Shown here one piece after another: positions 16,794 through 31,436 of a stretch of 64,000 nucleotides of DNA. The notes beneath the pieces are model-generated. The model saw nothing but the letters and a program-made list of their open reading frames with translations, ran no database searches and had not been told where the DNA came from. The stretch lies in assembly GCF_009914755.1 (NCBI RefSeq), contig NC_060926.1; one strand, given 5' to 3'. Within the stretch, counting starts at the first letter, position 1; each line of letters begins with the position of its first letter. The DNA comes from the human T2T-CHM13v2.0 reference genome, Homo sapiens. The position numbers were made by a program, and so were the translations under genes.

Positions 16794-19700
16794 ATTCCAA
16801 GAGCCTGAGCTCCTCAAGGAGATGGGGTCTGAGGAGGGGCTCACCTCACGCCCACCCCGACCACATGGAGATCTGGCTGTGATCTCTGAGAAAACATCAC
16901 CTTAGATGGCAGCGCCTCCCAGGCTAAGCCAAGGTGGAGACTCTCTGGTCCTTCTTGGCCCTCCTACCTCCTCCTCGTCTTCCCTGAGGGAGGTCTCACC
17001 AATCAGCATCTCACCTGTGCCCTCTTTGTCTTCTCTTGTGTCAGCCAGGGGCAGAGAATCATGGGGTGTCTCTCAGGAGAAGCCGGGGGGAGGGGGCTGA
17101 GAAGCTCCTACTTGGTGTTTTGAGTGAAGGGCATGTCCTCCCCAGAGGACGGAGCTGGATGGAGACTTGGTTGGTGAGAGGAAGCTAAGGACTCTACTCC
17201 CCTGGGGAAGGAAGCTGAGATGGGGATGGCTCTCTCCTCCCCAGCACTCCCCCTGCTCCCCGCCCATGTCCCTGCTGTGTCTCTCACTCTCTTGCTCATC
17301 TCCCAGTTGTCTGTTCATGTTTCTTTCTACTATTAATGAATGCTGAGCCCTTATAACAGGAGCTGGGGTGGAGACATCACGAGGGGTCGGGGGACAGCAA
17401 AGGGCAGGAAGCAGGATGCAGGGCTGGCAGGAGGTGGGCCTGTGGCATCAGCAGGCCCAGCGGGCGAGTGTGGTCCCTGCAGCAGCTTCCCACCTCCTTT
17501 GTTCATAAGGAGCTTGTGTTGGCCTCCCACAGTCCTGTCTGCTGGACGTTTTTCAGAGTTGGGTTCTCTCTCTTTGATGTCTTTCTTCTGAGGGTCCCAA
17601 GGTGTTCCTGGAGCTTCTGGGTTGAGGAAAGGCAGAGCAAGATAATCTTGGAGGGGAACTACAGGGTCCCCAAGATTTGCCCACATCACCTCCTATGGAA
17701 AAGGCTCCCAGCCTGACCTGGGTTGTAGGAGAGTGGGGAGGGTGGGATGAGTGGTGTTTTGGGGCTCAAGGATATCAGAAGCCAACTTTTTGGATGTTCC
17801 GTTTGAAGAAAGAAGGATCTAACACCTAATATTGGAATGATTTCTTCACTCTCTGGACAAAGTCTGGGACATCAGCACCACCTGGCAACGCTTGTGGCTT
17901 GGGAGGAGCCATGGAGACCCCTTTGGGTTCTGGGTTCCTGTTTTCCTGGTGTGCCGTCTGTGTCTCTGTGTAATGAGGATGTGCAGAGAGGAGCTAACGC
18001 GGAGCCGGGCAGAGCCACCCAGGAGGCAGTTTGTTGCCTTCTTTGCCAATTCCCCTTCCCGGCCCCTCCTCCAGGTGCCTTTGTGTCTCCCGGGGTGCCA
18101 CTGACAGAACCTCACCTGGGGCTCCTCCCATGGCAGTGCCATGTGGTCCAAAATTGCCCTTTCCTTCTCCGTTAGTCACATTTCCCATAACTCCTCCGAG
18201 CCAACATAACCTACAGTAAGATGTGAGTGTCAGACGTTCTCTCCCTGGAGTCTGCTTTCCAAAGGAGGCAGGGTGAGTAGATTTCTTGATCCAAAGGAAT
18301 CCGTTTTTAATTTTTTTTTTTTTCTAGAGATGGGGGTCTCACTATGTTGCCCAGGCTGGCCTCGAACTCCTGAGTTTAAGTGATTCTCCCACCTCAGCCT
18401 CCTGAGTAGCTGAGAATCCCTTTTTAGGGTACAATTTCAGGCAGTGTGGCATGGAGTCAGAAGCAGGCTGTTTCTCCTCAGGGGAGGGCAGGCTTCTCAG
18501 GACGGCCTCAGCTCATAGCCCCACGTGTGGTGTGCACGGATGTGCAGGGAGAGCCTGATTGTTAGGTGGATGTATTTTCCAGAATCGGGGAGGGACTGAA
18601 CACGAGCATTTCCCATTAATATGTGCAATAAATGTCTTGGGGAAGGGGCTATTTGACCCTCATTCCCATAGTTTTGGCACTTCAAATGAAGCTCTTCCTT
18701 GTGGTCACCATCTCTGCTGTGGGCACACAGCTTCTTTTTCTTGTTTTTTTTTTTTTTTTTTTTTTTTTGAGACACCGTCTCGCTCTGTCACCCAGGCTGG
18801 AGTACAATGGTGTGACCTCAACTCACTGTGACTTCCGCCTCCTGGGTTCAAGTGATTCTCCTGCCTCAGCCTCCTGAGTAGCTGGGATTACAGGCGTGCA
18901 CCACCACGCCTGGCGAATTTTGTGTTTTTAGTAGACATGAGGTTTCACCGTGTTGGCCAGGCTGGTCTGGAACTCCTGATCTCAAGTGATCCGCCCGCCT
19001 CAGCCTCTCAAAGTGCTGGGATTACAGGCGTGAGCCACTGCGCCTGCTTGGCACGTGGCTTCTGAATGGCCTGAGTGAGGGCAGGGCCCAGGCATGGAGG
19101 CTCCTGCACCCCCAAGGCTTTTTGGCTGTGCTTTATGGCCTCTGGCTTATACTCAACCCAATTTTACAAGCATGAACTTAGACTTCTCTTTAGTATTTAT
19201 ATATTTAAAAACCAAGTTTAAATTAACTCAAACTTGACAGCAACTAACCTCTGAAAGAAACTTTAAAGAAAATTGAAATCTTGAGCCACAAACATGTTCT
19301 TTCCTCACTAGCTCCTCCCAGGTTTTATCCTGCACCCAGCTTGGATGAGAGACCCACTGTTTCTTGTGCCTACTTAACATTAGGGTTCCCCGTGGCAGCT
19401 TCATCCTGAGCACTGCCTGTGAGCCCTGGTTCTGGGACTTGGCAGTCGCCTCCCTGGAGCATCTTTCCAGAGCCAGCATTAGAACCTGAGATCCCCAGAT
19501 GTTTCTGCCCCTCATCCCCATCCTGTGAATAGAGAGACAGAAAAGGTGCAGGTTCCCATTCTGCATAGATTCTGCTGTTTCCTCTCCACCGGTCCCAGGC
19601 AGCTTTTCCTTTCCATCACTGCCGCTTAGCAAAAATGTGCTTCTTTTGAAGAACTGGTCATTTTTTTTGAGTGCCCTCTTCTCAGTTTTGTTTAAACTTA

Positions 19701-21590
19701 CACTCAGTAGAGTGTTGGGTTGTCTGCTGACATGGAGTAGAACCTGGATTCTGGCCAAATAGGCCAGAATCGGAAAGGTGAAGGTGAGTGTGATAGTAGG
19801 TAATCTCCTCACCCCAGCACAGGCCCTGGGAGAGAGGCAAAGCAGTTTGATGGGATCTGGAGGGGAGGGAGGTACCCTGGCCCTTGGTCTAGCATCAGTG
19901 AGTCCTGCCCTTCCAAGCCCCTGGAGGCTAGTGGCATTGCATTGTGCCCCTTTTTGCCACCCTTCTCTGATGTGATTTTGAGCGAAGAGGAGTCAGTAAG
20001 CCCATTGAGACCGGCTGCTCCCAAAGCCCGAGGACTCTAGCTGTGTGGGGAAGGGCTAGCATTGGTCAGGACTCTGCTGACAGCACTGAGTAGGCAGGAA
20101 TGTATTTGAGATTTGGAAGTACTGTTAATTTGGTGGAGTCAGGTGAATGGATAAGAGGCAGATCGGCAGAAAGCATCAGTGTGGTCCCGAGGCTCCCTCT
20201 GTTTTCCTTGCCATGGAGTCCCCAGCGCCTTGTGCCTGTTTCCATTTCCCTCTCTCTTTGAAAAGTAGAAATCAGTGGTTTCTTGACTCCTAAACAGCCT
20301 CCTCACTATAGAAGGAGCCTGAGCAGGTCAGAAGAACTAGAAAAGTCCTCAGATACCCCCCTCTGTCCAGCCCCCTTTCCCATACACAGATATCAATGGA
20401 TGAGCAGGAAAAGAGGAGGCCTGGACTCACTGAAGTACTTGAAGAAGCACAAGTGTCATAGATGTGCCGCCCTTTGCCCTGGGTGTTCTAGATCACACAG
20501 AACACGTTTCAGCTGGACTAAGAATCAGACTAGCCAGGGGTTCTTCTGAACAGCTCAGGCCAGACCTCTGGGCTCCTCTGGGGGCCCTGGGACATGATGC
20601 CTTGCAGTTTCCATTCCATTGTCCCCAGGCCTCCTGACCTGGTGACAGAGAGTGCCCTGCAGAAGTGAGTCTATTTTTCCCAATTCCTCTTCATGACCAG
20701 AAAATGGCAGCTGGCCGGTTGGGGTCCTGTGGGAAAGGGCTAACCTGGGCTGTTAGGTAGACACTAGGTTTAAAGGTAGACAGGGAGATGGCATCATCAG
20801 GGCAGGCCAGGCCCACTTCCTGTGACCCCAGACCTTGGCAGGCGGGTCGTGCTGAAACCAGGCATCTCCCTCACACCTGGGGAAAGGTTTAGGGCAACAT
20901 GTTGCCTCTTCATCCCATTAACCCTAGAAATCTTCTGGTTAGAGTGGCCCCTTACCCCAAATCTGGCCTAGGTCTGAAGACTGCAGGATAGTCATGATGG
21001 GCCCATCCTAGAGCCTGGCTAGCTGGAAGACGCGGTATGGCAGGGACAGGAGGGCGGCAGGAAGGGCTTTGTGGCCCTGCTGGGGCCAAAGGCAGTTTTC
21101 TGTGCTCCCTTTAGCCCCAGCCTGGCTGGCCAGGTCTCCTGTACTTCAGGGGACCATGGGGCCGCCCAAGCCAGTCACCTTCCCCTTCCAAGCTCTCCCC
21201 CCATGACTGTTGATTTCTGGCGCGTGGAGGCAGAGTTGTGAATCCACAAATGCTGTAGCCCATATCTCGTAATGTGTCTGTGTCCACTTAGAGCCTCACG
21301 ACCTGGCTGTGTGTGTGCATGTGTGTGTAGTATAGTTTGTAGTTGACAATATGTGTATATAATAGCTGGTGTATTTATATGTGAGTGCAGAATTAGTGCC
21401 CGTGGCGGTTTTCTGTATTTTAAACCCATTGAATTGGTTAGTTTTATTTTAGGGAAGTGGGAAAGGCGGAGTGGGGGGAAGTATAGGAAGAAGGATTCTT
21501 AGCAAAATCATTCTCTAGGACTATTAGTCGCGATCTCCCAGTGAGCCATCACGATGCCCTTTTCAAATAAATGTTAATGTTGTCACCACA
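16794..21590 (+). other. EFR3B: EFR3B long 3' UTR (~4.8 kb) containing two antisense Alu pieces
   Basis: Runs from the stop codon to AATAAA at 21566-21571; exact cleavage site inferred. Confidence 0.8.
18310..19050 (-). mobile_element. Antisense Alu fragment (~18310-18415) and full Alu (~18735-19050) in the EFR3B 3' UTR
   Basis: Poly-T followed by reverse-complement Alu. Confidence 0.88.
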
Positions 21591-21610
21591 TGGCTGTCTG
21601 TTTGATTTCT
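21566..21610 (+). terminator. EFR3B: EFR3B distal polyadenylation signal
   Basis: AATAAA 21566-21571, CA dinucleotides ~15-20 nt downstream, then GU/U-rich tggctgtctgtttgatttctt. Confidence 0.8.
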
Positions 21611-21875
21611 TTAAAGTAAATGGTTTTTTTGAGAAGCAAACGGGATCTGAAAATACCAACAGTATACCACTGACATTTAGCCACCTCCACCAACCATGAC
21701 TTTACCTGTCTCAGAGGGAGAAGGTGTGGGGGAAAGGAGGCTACCAAGATGGAAACCTCAGGCCCAGCATGCCCAGCATGGGAGCATCCTCAGGAAGGCC
21801 TAGGCCATTATTCATTCTAGCACATTCCATGTAAGCCATACTGGGGAACACCTTGTCTTAAGAATCTGGCTTTCT

Positions 21876-22268
<393 letters not shown>

Positions 22269-23334
22269 TCATCCGGGGAAACTTGGGAAGCAGGGTTTGG
22301 TAAGGAGAGAGTGCCCGTCTACAAGGGCCCTGCCCACCATGCTTAGTAGTTTGGAATTGACAGAAATTGGGGTGGGGGCACTGTTTTGACTCTTGAGCCT
22401 GGGACTGTGGGAAAAAGCAAGATTTTGTGTAAACTAACGTGAAGAATTCGTATATGATGGGCTGGGGAGAGCAGCTGGAAACTAGGAGACCAGTTGGTTG
22501 GGAAGCTGTTATCAGAGAGGCCTGGGGGAAGTACTAAGGATGAGAAGGGCTGGAGCTGAAACACGCGGGGAGGGAGGAGCCTGGGCACGGCAGGAGGGGT
22601 CAGAGGGCCTGAGTCAGGGCTTAAGCCCTAGGGGCTGGAAGAAGCAACTGCGTAGAGTATGTTGTATTAAACAGATGTGTGTCTCCATGAGTGTGTGTGT
22701 GTGAGAGAGACCGTATGTCTGAGCGTATCTGTGAGTAGCCTGGGAGTGAAATTGGAACTGATACTAACCCTCAGCTCTCACACTTAGCTTCTATGATAAA
22801 AAGAAGATTATGTCCATTTTCTCCTTTAATCTTCACAATAACCCTCATACTGGGAAGGGAGGGGTAGATGAAAGAACTAAATTTTGGAGAAGTTCAGAGA
22901 CTTGCCTAAGGTCCCATGGATTGCTACGAGCAGTTCCCCGGAGACATTACCAAGACTTCTCACCTGACAGTCCAGAGCACTCCCAGGCGTGGGTAGGCCT
23001 CAACCTGTCCAACTGGCTTTTGGAGGTGGACCGGAGCCGGGGAGCCCCTGAGCGCCCGGGGTCACTCTTGCAGGAATCCTGCCTTTACACGTGTGCTAGC
23101 TGAGCAGTCTCCCACTCAGTGGAGTGTGTGGAAAATACGGCCATCCTAGAGGTGCTGGAGCCACCCTGTGCCTTCACCCAAACTATCTGATCCCTCGAAG
23201 ATCCATTTGGGGGTGGGGGCAGGAAGCACATTTTCCTTTCACGCTCACTAAGTCCTGTGAAATATCCTACCGCATGGAAACCACTGTGCTCCTCCGATCC
23301 ATGCTGCTGTTATTTGACGGCTACGTATTTTTAC

Positions 23335-23394
23335 TTTATTCACACAGTTTACATTCAAAGTCAGAGGTGGATGTGAAATTTGAAAGGTTTTATT
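23335..23394 (-). terminator. POMC: POMC polyadenylation signals (two AATAAA)
   Basis: TTTATT on + at 23389-23394 and 23335-23340, ~140 and ~195 nt after the stop. Confidence 0.85.
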
Positions 23395-23519
23395 TCCTAA
23401 CTACAGGCAGCTTTAAGAGGCTGATTATCTGCCACGACCCCCCAGGCTGGGAGGCGGCAGCAGGGCAGGGGAGAGCAAGGGGCTTTGGGGTCGACCTCCT
23501 GGGGGAGGGTAGCCCTGGG

Positions 23520-24350
23520 GCCCCGCTGTGCCCTCACTCGCCCTTCTTGTAGGCGTTCTTGATGATGGCGTTTTTGAACAGCGTCACCAGGGGCGTCTGG
23601 CTCTTCTCGGAGGTCATGAAACCGCCGTAGCGCTTGTCCTTGGGCGGGCTGCCCCAGCGGAAGTGCTCCATCCTGTAGGGGCCCTCGTCCTTCTTCTCGG
23701 CCGCCACCAGCAGGCTGTGCTCCAGGTCGGCCTGGGCCCCTGCGCCGTCATCGGCAGGGCCGTCGGGGCCATCTCCCTCCCGGAGTCGCTGGCCAGTCAG
23801 CTCCCTCTTGAACTCCAGGGGGAAGGCCTCGGCCGACTCGTCCTCGGCGCCGTTAGGGTACACCTTCACTGGGCGCCGCTTCTTGCCCACCGGCTTGCCC
23901 CAGCGGAAGTGCTCCATGGAGTAGGAGCGCTTGCCCTCGCGCGGGCCCGGCTTGGCACCATCGCTGCGGGGCTCGGGGCCGCCCTCAGGCAGCGGGCCGC
24001 AGTCTTCGCCCGCTGAGACGTCCTCGCGCTTCTGCCCTGCGCCGCTGCTGCCGCTGCTGCTGCTGTTGCGGCGGCCGAATCGGTCCCAGCGGAAGTGGCC
24101 CATGACGTACTTCCGGGGGTTCTCGGTCAGAGGCTGCTCGTCGCCATTTCCCGGGAACATGGGAGTCTCGGCCGAGAGGTCGGGCTTGCAGGCCCGGATG
24201 CACTCCTGGGGGAAGACGCGAGGGCATGAGGGCAGCCCGTGCCCCGCACCCCGGCCCGGCTGCCGCGCCCGTCACTGCGCCTAGGCCCTGGCCGCCCTCG
24301 CCACGTGCCGAGGACACAGGGCACAGTGTCGGGCGTGTCAAGCGTCGAGG
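23520..24350. promoter_or_regulatory. POMC exon 3 / intron 2 CpG island (includes the known variably methylated region)
   Basis: Dense CpG over exon 3 and ~150 bp of intron 2; boundaries estimated by eye. Confidence 0.8.
23534..24205 (-). CDS. POMC: POMC exon 3 CDS (aa 45-267): gamma-MSH (from 24109), joining peptide, ACTH/alpha-MSH/CLIP (23810-23926), beta-MSH (23636-23689), beta-endorphin (23537-23629)
   Basis: cttcccccag|GAG acceptor; translation contains [42 protein letters not shown] and [11 protein letters not shown]...KKGE* with dibasic cleavage sites. Confidence 0.99.
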   Translation of the reverse strand, partial: ECIRACKPDLSAETPMFPGNGDEQPLTENPRKYVMGHFRWDRFGRRNSSSSGSSGAGQKREDVSAGEDCGPLPEGGPEPRSDGAKPGPREGKRSYSMEHFRWGKPVGKKRRPVKVYPNGAEDESAEAFPLEFKRELTGQRLREGDGPDGPADDGAGAQADLEHSLLVAAEKKDEGPYRMEHFRWGSPPKDKRYGGFMTSEKSQTPLVTLFKNAIIKNAYKKGE

Positions 24351-24546
24351 CCTCCCTACAGAGCAGGTCTGCCCACCTGCTTTCTTGGCACTCGTGGGCA
24401 TCTAAGATCTTGCCACTGCCTCTTTTGTCCCATCCCCTTCATGCTTCTGCCTGGCAACTGCAACACACTTCCCATCCCATTCCATGGTTTGTCTAGCCAT
24501 CTAGCCACCCCTAGCTTTTGTGAACAGGACCAAAGTCTTACTGTTA

Positions 24547-26375
<1,829 letters not shown>

Positions 26376-27081
26376 TCTCAGTGTGCCTTTTAATCTCTGG
26401 ATTTGGCATCATTACTCATTTATGCCCCCCAACACACACACACACACACCCCCCACAGGCAGATACATACACCCTGTGGTGACCTGGAGGGAGCTCCTGC
26501 CTGATGCAAAGGGCCTTCACATGCTCTGGAAAGACTGTAGAGGAACACAGCAGAAGGCCAGTCCTCCAGAATAAACATGAGACATTTGGCACCAATTAAA
26601 GAAAAAAAAAAAAGGGCCCCTGGTTTTTCCTTCTTCCAGAGATGATTTGAAGAACTACCTGGCTGGTTTTGCAACCGGTAGTAGATAAAAGGGTAAGAAA
26701 TATGGAATGAAAATGGCAAGTGATATGAGCTTCTTAAAAAGGAATAGTTTGGGAAGCTAAAGATTTAAAGTACAGAATAGATTGAGGGGTCCATTATTGC
26801 TCTTATAGCACCATCTCTAGCTTAAAGGGTTCAAGGTCTCCATAAAAGATGGGGCAAGAAGTAAGGATAACCAAGCAGAAATTGTGGACTCAACCCCTCT
26901 CCCTGAAGCTGCTTCCTTCCCTGATTTCTTCTCCCATTTCTTACTTCACTGCAAAGTTTTGCTCCTGCCCTGGATTGAATCACGCCTATCACTGGGAATG
27001 AATTTCCCTTTCCCCACACCCTTTTCTTTTGAGCTTTCCCAGCTCCAGTCCCATCTAATGTCTAAGCCAAGATGGCAGTCA

Positions 27082-27303
<222 letters not shown>

Positions 27304-28088
27304 TCACCAGGAAGGACCTTGAGCCAACATTAACAACACACTCTCTTGTGGAGTTAAAGGCATTTTAAGGACAGCAGCAATGCTGAGAAAGGAGGTGTGC
27401 AGTACAGCGGTGGTATAAGTTGTGATAAGGAGGAGGGAATGGTGGGTAAACTGTGACCATTTCCCTGTTATCTTCTATTTAAACGAGACCCCTAAAAAGG
27501 TTAAGGCTGGAAGCTATTTTGGGGATTGCTTGGTTCAGCCCTTCCCATGAGAGATGGGAAAATTGAAGCCCAAAGAGAGACAATTACTTTAATGTCCATG
27601 ACAAGGTAAGGCTAAGCTCCTAACAGAGAACTTTCCTATTTCACTACATTAAGCTGTAGTTCTAACATGCAAGATCTCAGGAGTGAAAGTAACTTGGGAA
27701 AAACGGAGGACCCTGAAACTCCTGCTCAAGATGGTCTTTTCCCTTTTTATTCCACCAGGATCCTATCATTCCTCTGAAACTCTATTTCCTATGAATATTA
27801 GGTTGACAGAAAAGCAAATAAAACCACTGGCCAATTTAGGCAGCATTTCGAGCAGCCTGATTTGATGTCCTGCACACAAATTACTCTGGTGATCACTATT
27901 ACCCAGACTCCAGTAACTTTGGAGAGCTTCGTTTTTAAAGCAGATCTCAGTTCTTTGAAATCTGGCTCATCTTCTGGACACGTCACGTGTCAGATGTCTT
28001 GTTCTCTAGAGCTCTCAAATGTGGTCTGAAATGGCAGGATTTGAAGAGGATGCAGATGTGGAGGGGAAAGAGACCAGAAGGGAATTAC

Positions 28089-28138
28089 CTCCTGGTGGAA
28101 CAGCCACTGCAGATACTTTTGGAGAATCCAGCAAGTGC
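28089..28138 (-). other. POMC: POMC optional 50-bp non-coding 5' UTR exon
   Basis: ttctgcccacag| acceptor and |gtaatt donor bracket exactly 50 bp; matches my recollection of the 4-exon POMC transcript variant. Confidence 0.75.
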
Positions 28139-30284
28139 CTGTGGGCAGAAGCTGAGGTCAAGACACCAGGGGACAGTAAGGAGGGGGCATCCATGGTGCC
28201 CCTAGCCCCCTGTACCCACCCCTCTCTCCAGCACTACCCTCGCACTGCCAAATTTCCCTTAACCAGGTGGGCCCCCTGAAGCCACCTCGAGGCCGGAGAT
28301 CAGCTCACCGCCAACCCTACAATCATTTTGGATTTCAGAAGATCTTCTCAGCCAGCTGCTAGAAAGAAATGTAATTAGATGAGAAAAGTAATTCACATTA
28401 AAGCGTGGATGACTAAGTGTCTTGTCACTCCTAATGAACGCTGGCATTTTAAAATAAGTTTGCCTAAAATAAATCTCTCATTTGGGGAGGCGTGGGCCAA
28501 ATCTTTTTTATATAGGGGAGGCTTTGGAAGTGAAAGTCCTCTGAAGCGCTGATTTCTACTTCAGGAGGCCACTTCCTTCTCTCTACCCCACCCTCGCCCT
28601 ATTCCCCAGGCGCTGGGCCTGCACGGTGCTAGCTTCTGAAGGGTTGCCGGGCAAGGCTGAGCATTTTCAGAGCAGCCATTAGATGGCACTGGCAGCCAGT
28701 GACTGGCCCAGGTGCGCTTCGGCTAAAGGGGCAACTGAACGAGCTTTGGTCAACCTTGGTGTCCTCTCCTGGCTCCAAGGGACAGGCTGTTCCCATTGTA
28801 CCCTGCCAGTGATCTATTCAAGTACACAGCCAGAACTTGGTGGACCAGGCAATTAGATTAAAGCTCCAAGTTGACCATAGCACATTTAGCTCTGAAAAAT
28901 GCCCAGATGTTACAGTCACAGAAAAATGGTAGTTACGTATGTCACCAAATGCAAATGTAAAGTAACATATTAGTAAAGGAAAAAACAAAATCTTACAGGT
29001 CTGATAGTTCCCTCAATTATATTTCAATTCTTGTCAAAGATAACTACTCTGGAGTGATTTCCATTTGCTAGAAGCAATGACTTCAGGCCTTCCTGGAAAG
29101 CCCCAGAGAGCATTTCCCCTCCTTATGCCCTATGTGCTGTGTTGTACAATGTGGTAACATATTCACTCCCACCCTCTCAGAGCTTATATTCTGTTGCTAA
29201 ACTGGTTAGATGGCTGCTATTGCTAAAACTTCAGATTCTTCCCTGAAAGATGGTCTTGTGTTTGTATTGTATATTTTGCTTATGTGTATGTGTATTTGCT
29301 TATGTGTATTTTCAGTTCTCTACAATGAACAAATAGTACCTTTTGTGTCATTTTTAAAGCAACAAATTATTGGGGAAATATCAAATGTTGTGCTTTTTTA
29401 AGTAGGGAAAGTATTATAATCCAAAAATGGAAAGCTCTGGAAAAATAGAAACTTGAAATTTGCTCATCCTGAGATTAACTTTATAGTAGAACTACACTTA
29501 TTAGAACTTCATAGGTGTGAGGGGCTCTCTATGAGCTCAACAAATCATTTTGCTTGTTACTGTAAAACTGCACGCTGGCCATGACCTTTTGTAAAGATTA
29601 GAGGAGCACAGGGGCCGAGTTTTGTCCTTACACCATGACATACATGCATCGAGTCCTATAACAAAAGCATCAAAGGAACAGTAAGTCATTAAAGTGGCCA
29701 TAATCTGTGCAGAGTTTATAAACTGACACACACACAAAAAAAATCCACACACACTTTTATTTTCCTTGGCTCCTTCCAGCCATTCTGTAAGAACCCTCCC
29801 TGCCCCATTTAAACATGAAGAATTTGGGGAATCCAAATGCCAAGTGGACTGTCTCTCCTTCGCTGGAAACGCCCCTTACCTGAGCCTTGATCATTCCAAA
29901 TGGCTGCCCGTGCCCTCAACCCAGGATCTGCGCCATAAACCGTCCACCCCGGTTCTGTTGAGGGCATCCGAAACTAGACAGTGCGTTTCAGGATCTAGGA
30001 CAGCTCCCGCCCCGGCCACCTGTTTTTAACCCCAGCTAGGTCTTGGAGAGAAGAGACCCAACTATTCTGCATTGTAATTGACCCAGTTATCATGTAATTA
30101 TCATAGCGCGGCCACCTCGGGTGCGCTAAGGTGGGCAAGGAAACAAGGATTCAGGGGTCTGAATCCGAAAAAATCCGGAAGGCAGGGCGTTCATTATGAC
30201 TTTTATCCTTTTCTCTGCTGCCCCGTTTCCAACATTAATTTGCGATAGCGTGTATGGAATTTGACTTTCAAGATGTGACACCTA

Positions 30285-30623
<339 letters not shown>

Positions 30624-30951
30624 GACCGGGTTGTCCCAAGACCTCCTAGCAAGCTCTCGGAGCCTCCGGACCGCCGCGAGCCCCTGGGGGAGAGGAGGCC
30701 GCCGGCTCCCTGGAGACAGCGCCTGCAGCTTCGCGGCCGTCCGCCCAGGGGCCGGACGTGGGCCCTCCAGCTCAGCTACTGGCGGCTTCTCATGCCGCAG
30801 TCGGCGCAGAAAGTTTGTCGAGAACTCGGGACCGCGGAGAGCCAGAGGCGCCCAGGTCCGCCTTCGGAGCCGGAGCCGGCCGACTGCATCGCGAGGACGG
30901 GGACAGGGGATCCCGGGGAAAGAGCACGGGTCCCCCACGCTGCGCCCTTAC

Positions 30952-31037
30952 CTGTCTCGGGAGGCTGCTCTCTGAGGGCGGGGACGCTCGGCGGCCTCTC
31001 TCGGTCGCGGCTCTTCTTCCCCTCCTTCGCCGCCGCT
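30952..31037 (-). other. POMC: POMC non-coding exon 1 (pituitary TSS ~31037)
   Basis: cag|gtaagg donor at 30951; TATATAA ~22-28 bp upstream of the inferred TSS. Confidence 0.9.
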
Positions 31038-31058
31038 TGGTCCCGCGCTCCTCTGTCC

Positions 31059-31111
31059 TTATATACTTGCCGAGCTCTCCTGGTGGGCGCGGGACTTTGA
31101 CCTTCCCGGCA
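31059..31111 (-). promoter_or_regulatory. POMC core promoter: TATA box, NBRE/nGRE-like AAGGTCA and proximal STAT-like site
   Basis: TATATAA 31065-31059; GGAAGGTCA 31106-31098; TTCCCGGCA 31103-31111; positions match the known POMC proximal elements. Confidence 0.85.
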
Positions 31112-31313
31112 GCACAAGGAGCAGCTCCCCGGGCCAGGGGAAGGGGGGCCGCGGGGCGTGGGAGGGGGGCTTCCAGACGGGGGACGAGCGCGGGGAGACG
31201 CGCTGGAAAGGGGCTGGAATTAGCACTGTCCTGCCGAAGGCGCACCTGGCCGCTCGCCCTCAGGAAGAACTTAATTATGGATGGCGTTGGGTCTCCGCTT
31301 AGAACGGGCGGGA

Positions 31314-31333
31314 GGCTTAGCACCCCCGTGTGG
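31314..31333 (-). promoter_or_regulatory. Tpit/Pitx1 composite element
   Basis: CCACACG-GGGGTGC-TAAGCC on the - strand at ~-280 to -296, same layout as the rodent TpitRE/PitxRE. Confidence 0.8.
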
Positions 31334-31401
31334 GGCAGGCCGGGCAGCCTCTGAGGTCGTTGAGGCGAGGGTGAAGTTACCTGCGTGCGTGCTGGGGCTG
31401 G

Positions 31402-31436
31402 CATCTGCCTGGTTCGCATTTGGCGGTAAATATCAC
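31402..31436 (-). promoter_or_regulatory. NurRE and NeuroD1 E-box of the POMC distal promoter
   Basis: GTGATATTTACCGCCAAATGCGAA (31436-31413), then CAGATG (31407-31402). Confidence 0.82.

Noticed and set aside
18310-19050. Inverted-Alu dsRNA within the EFR3B 3' UTR
   Set aside because: Both Alus are antisense; the nearest sense partner (21876) is beyond the poly(A) site
19228-19812. 194-aa - strand ORF within the EFR3B 3' UTR
   Set aside because: Non-ATG start, no recognisable homology, splice or promoter context; probably chance, though a homology search was not possible
23528-24016. 162-aa + strand ORF antisense to POMC exon 3
   Set aside because: In codon register with POMC; it stays open only because GC3-rich POMC avoids TTA/CTA/TCA codons and it stops at POMC's TCA. 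GTG start and no independent coding signal.
28755-28802. AG...GT-bounded 48-bp candidate exon in POMC intron 1
   Set aside because: Weak polypyrimidine tract and donor; the 50-bp exon at 28089-28138 has much better signals
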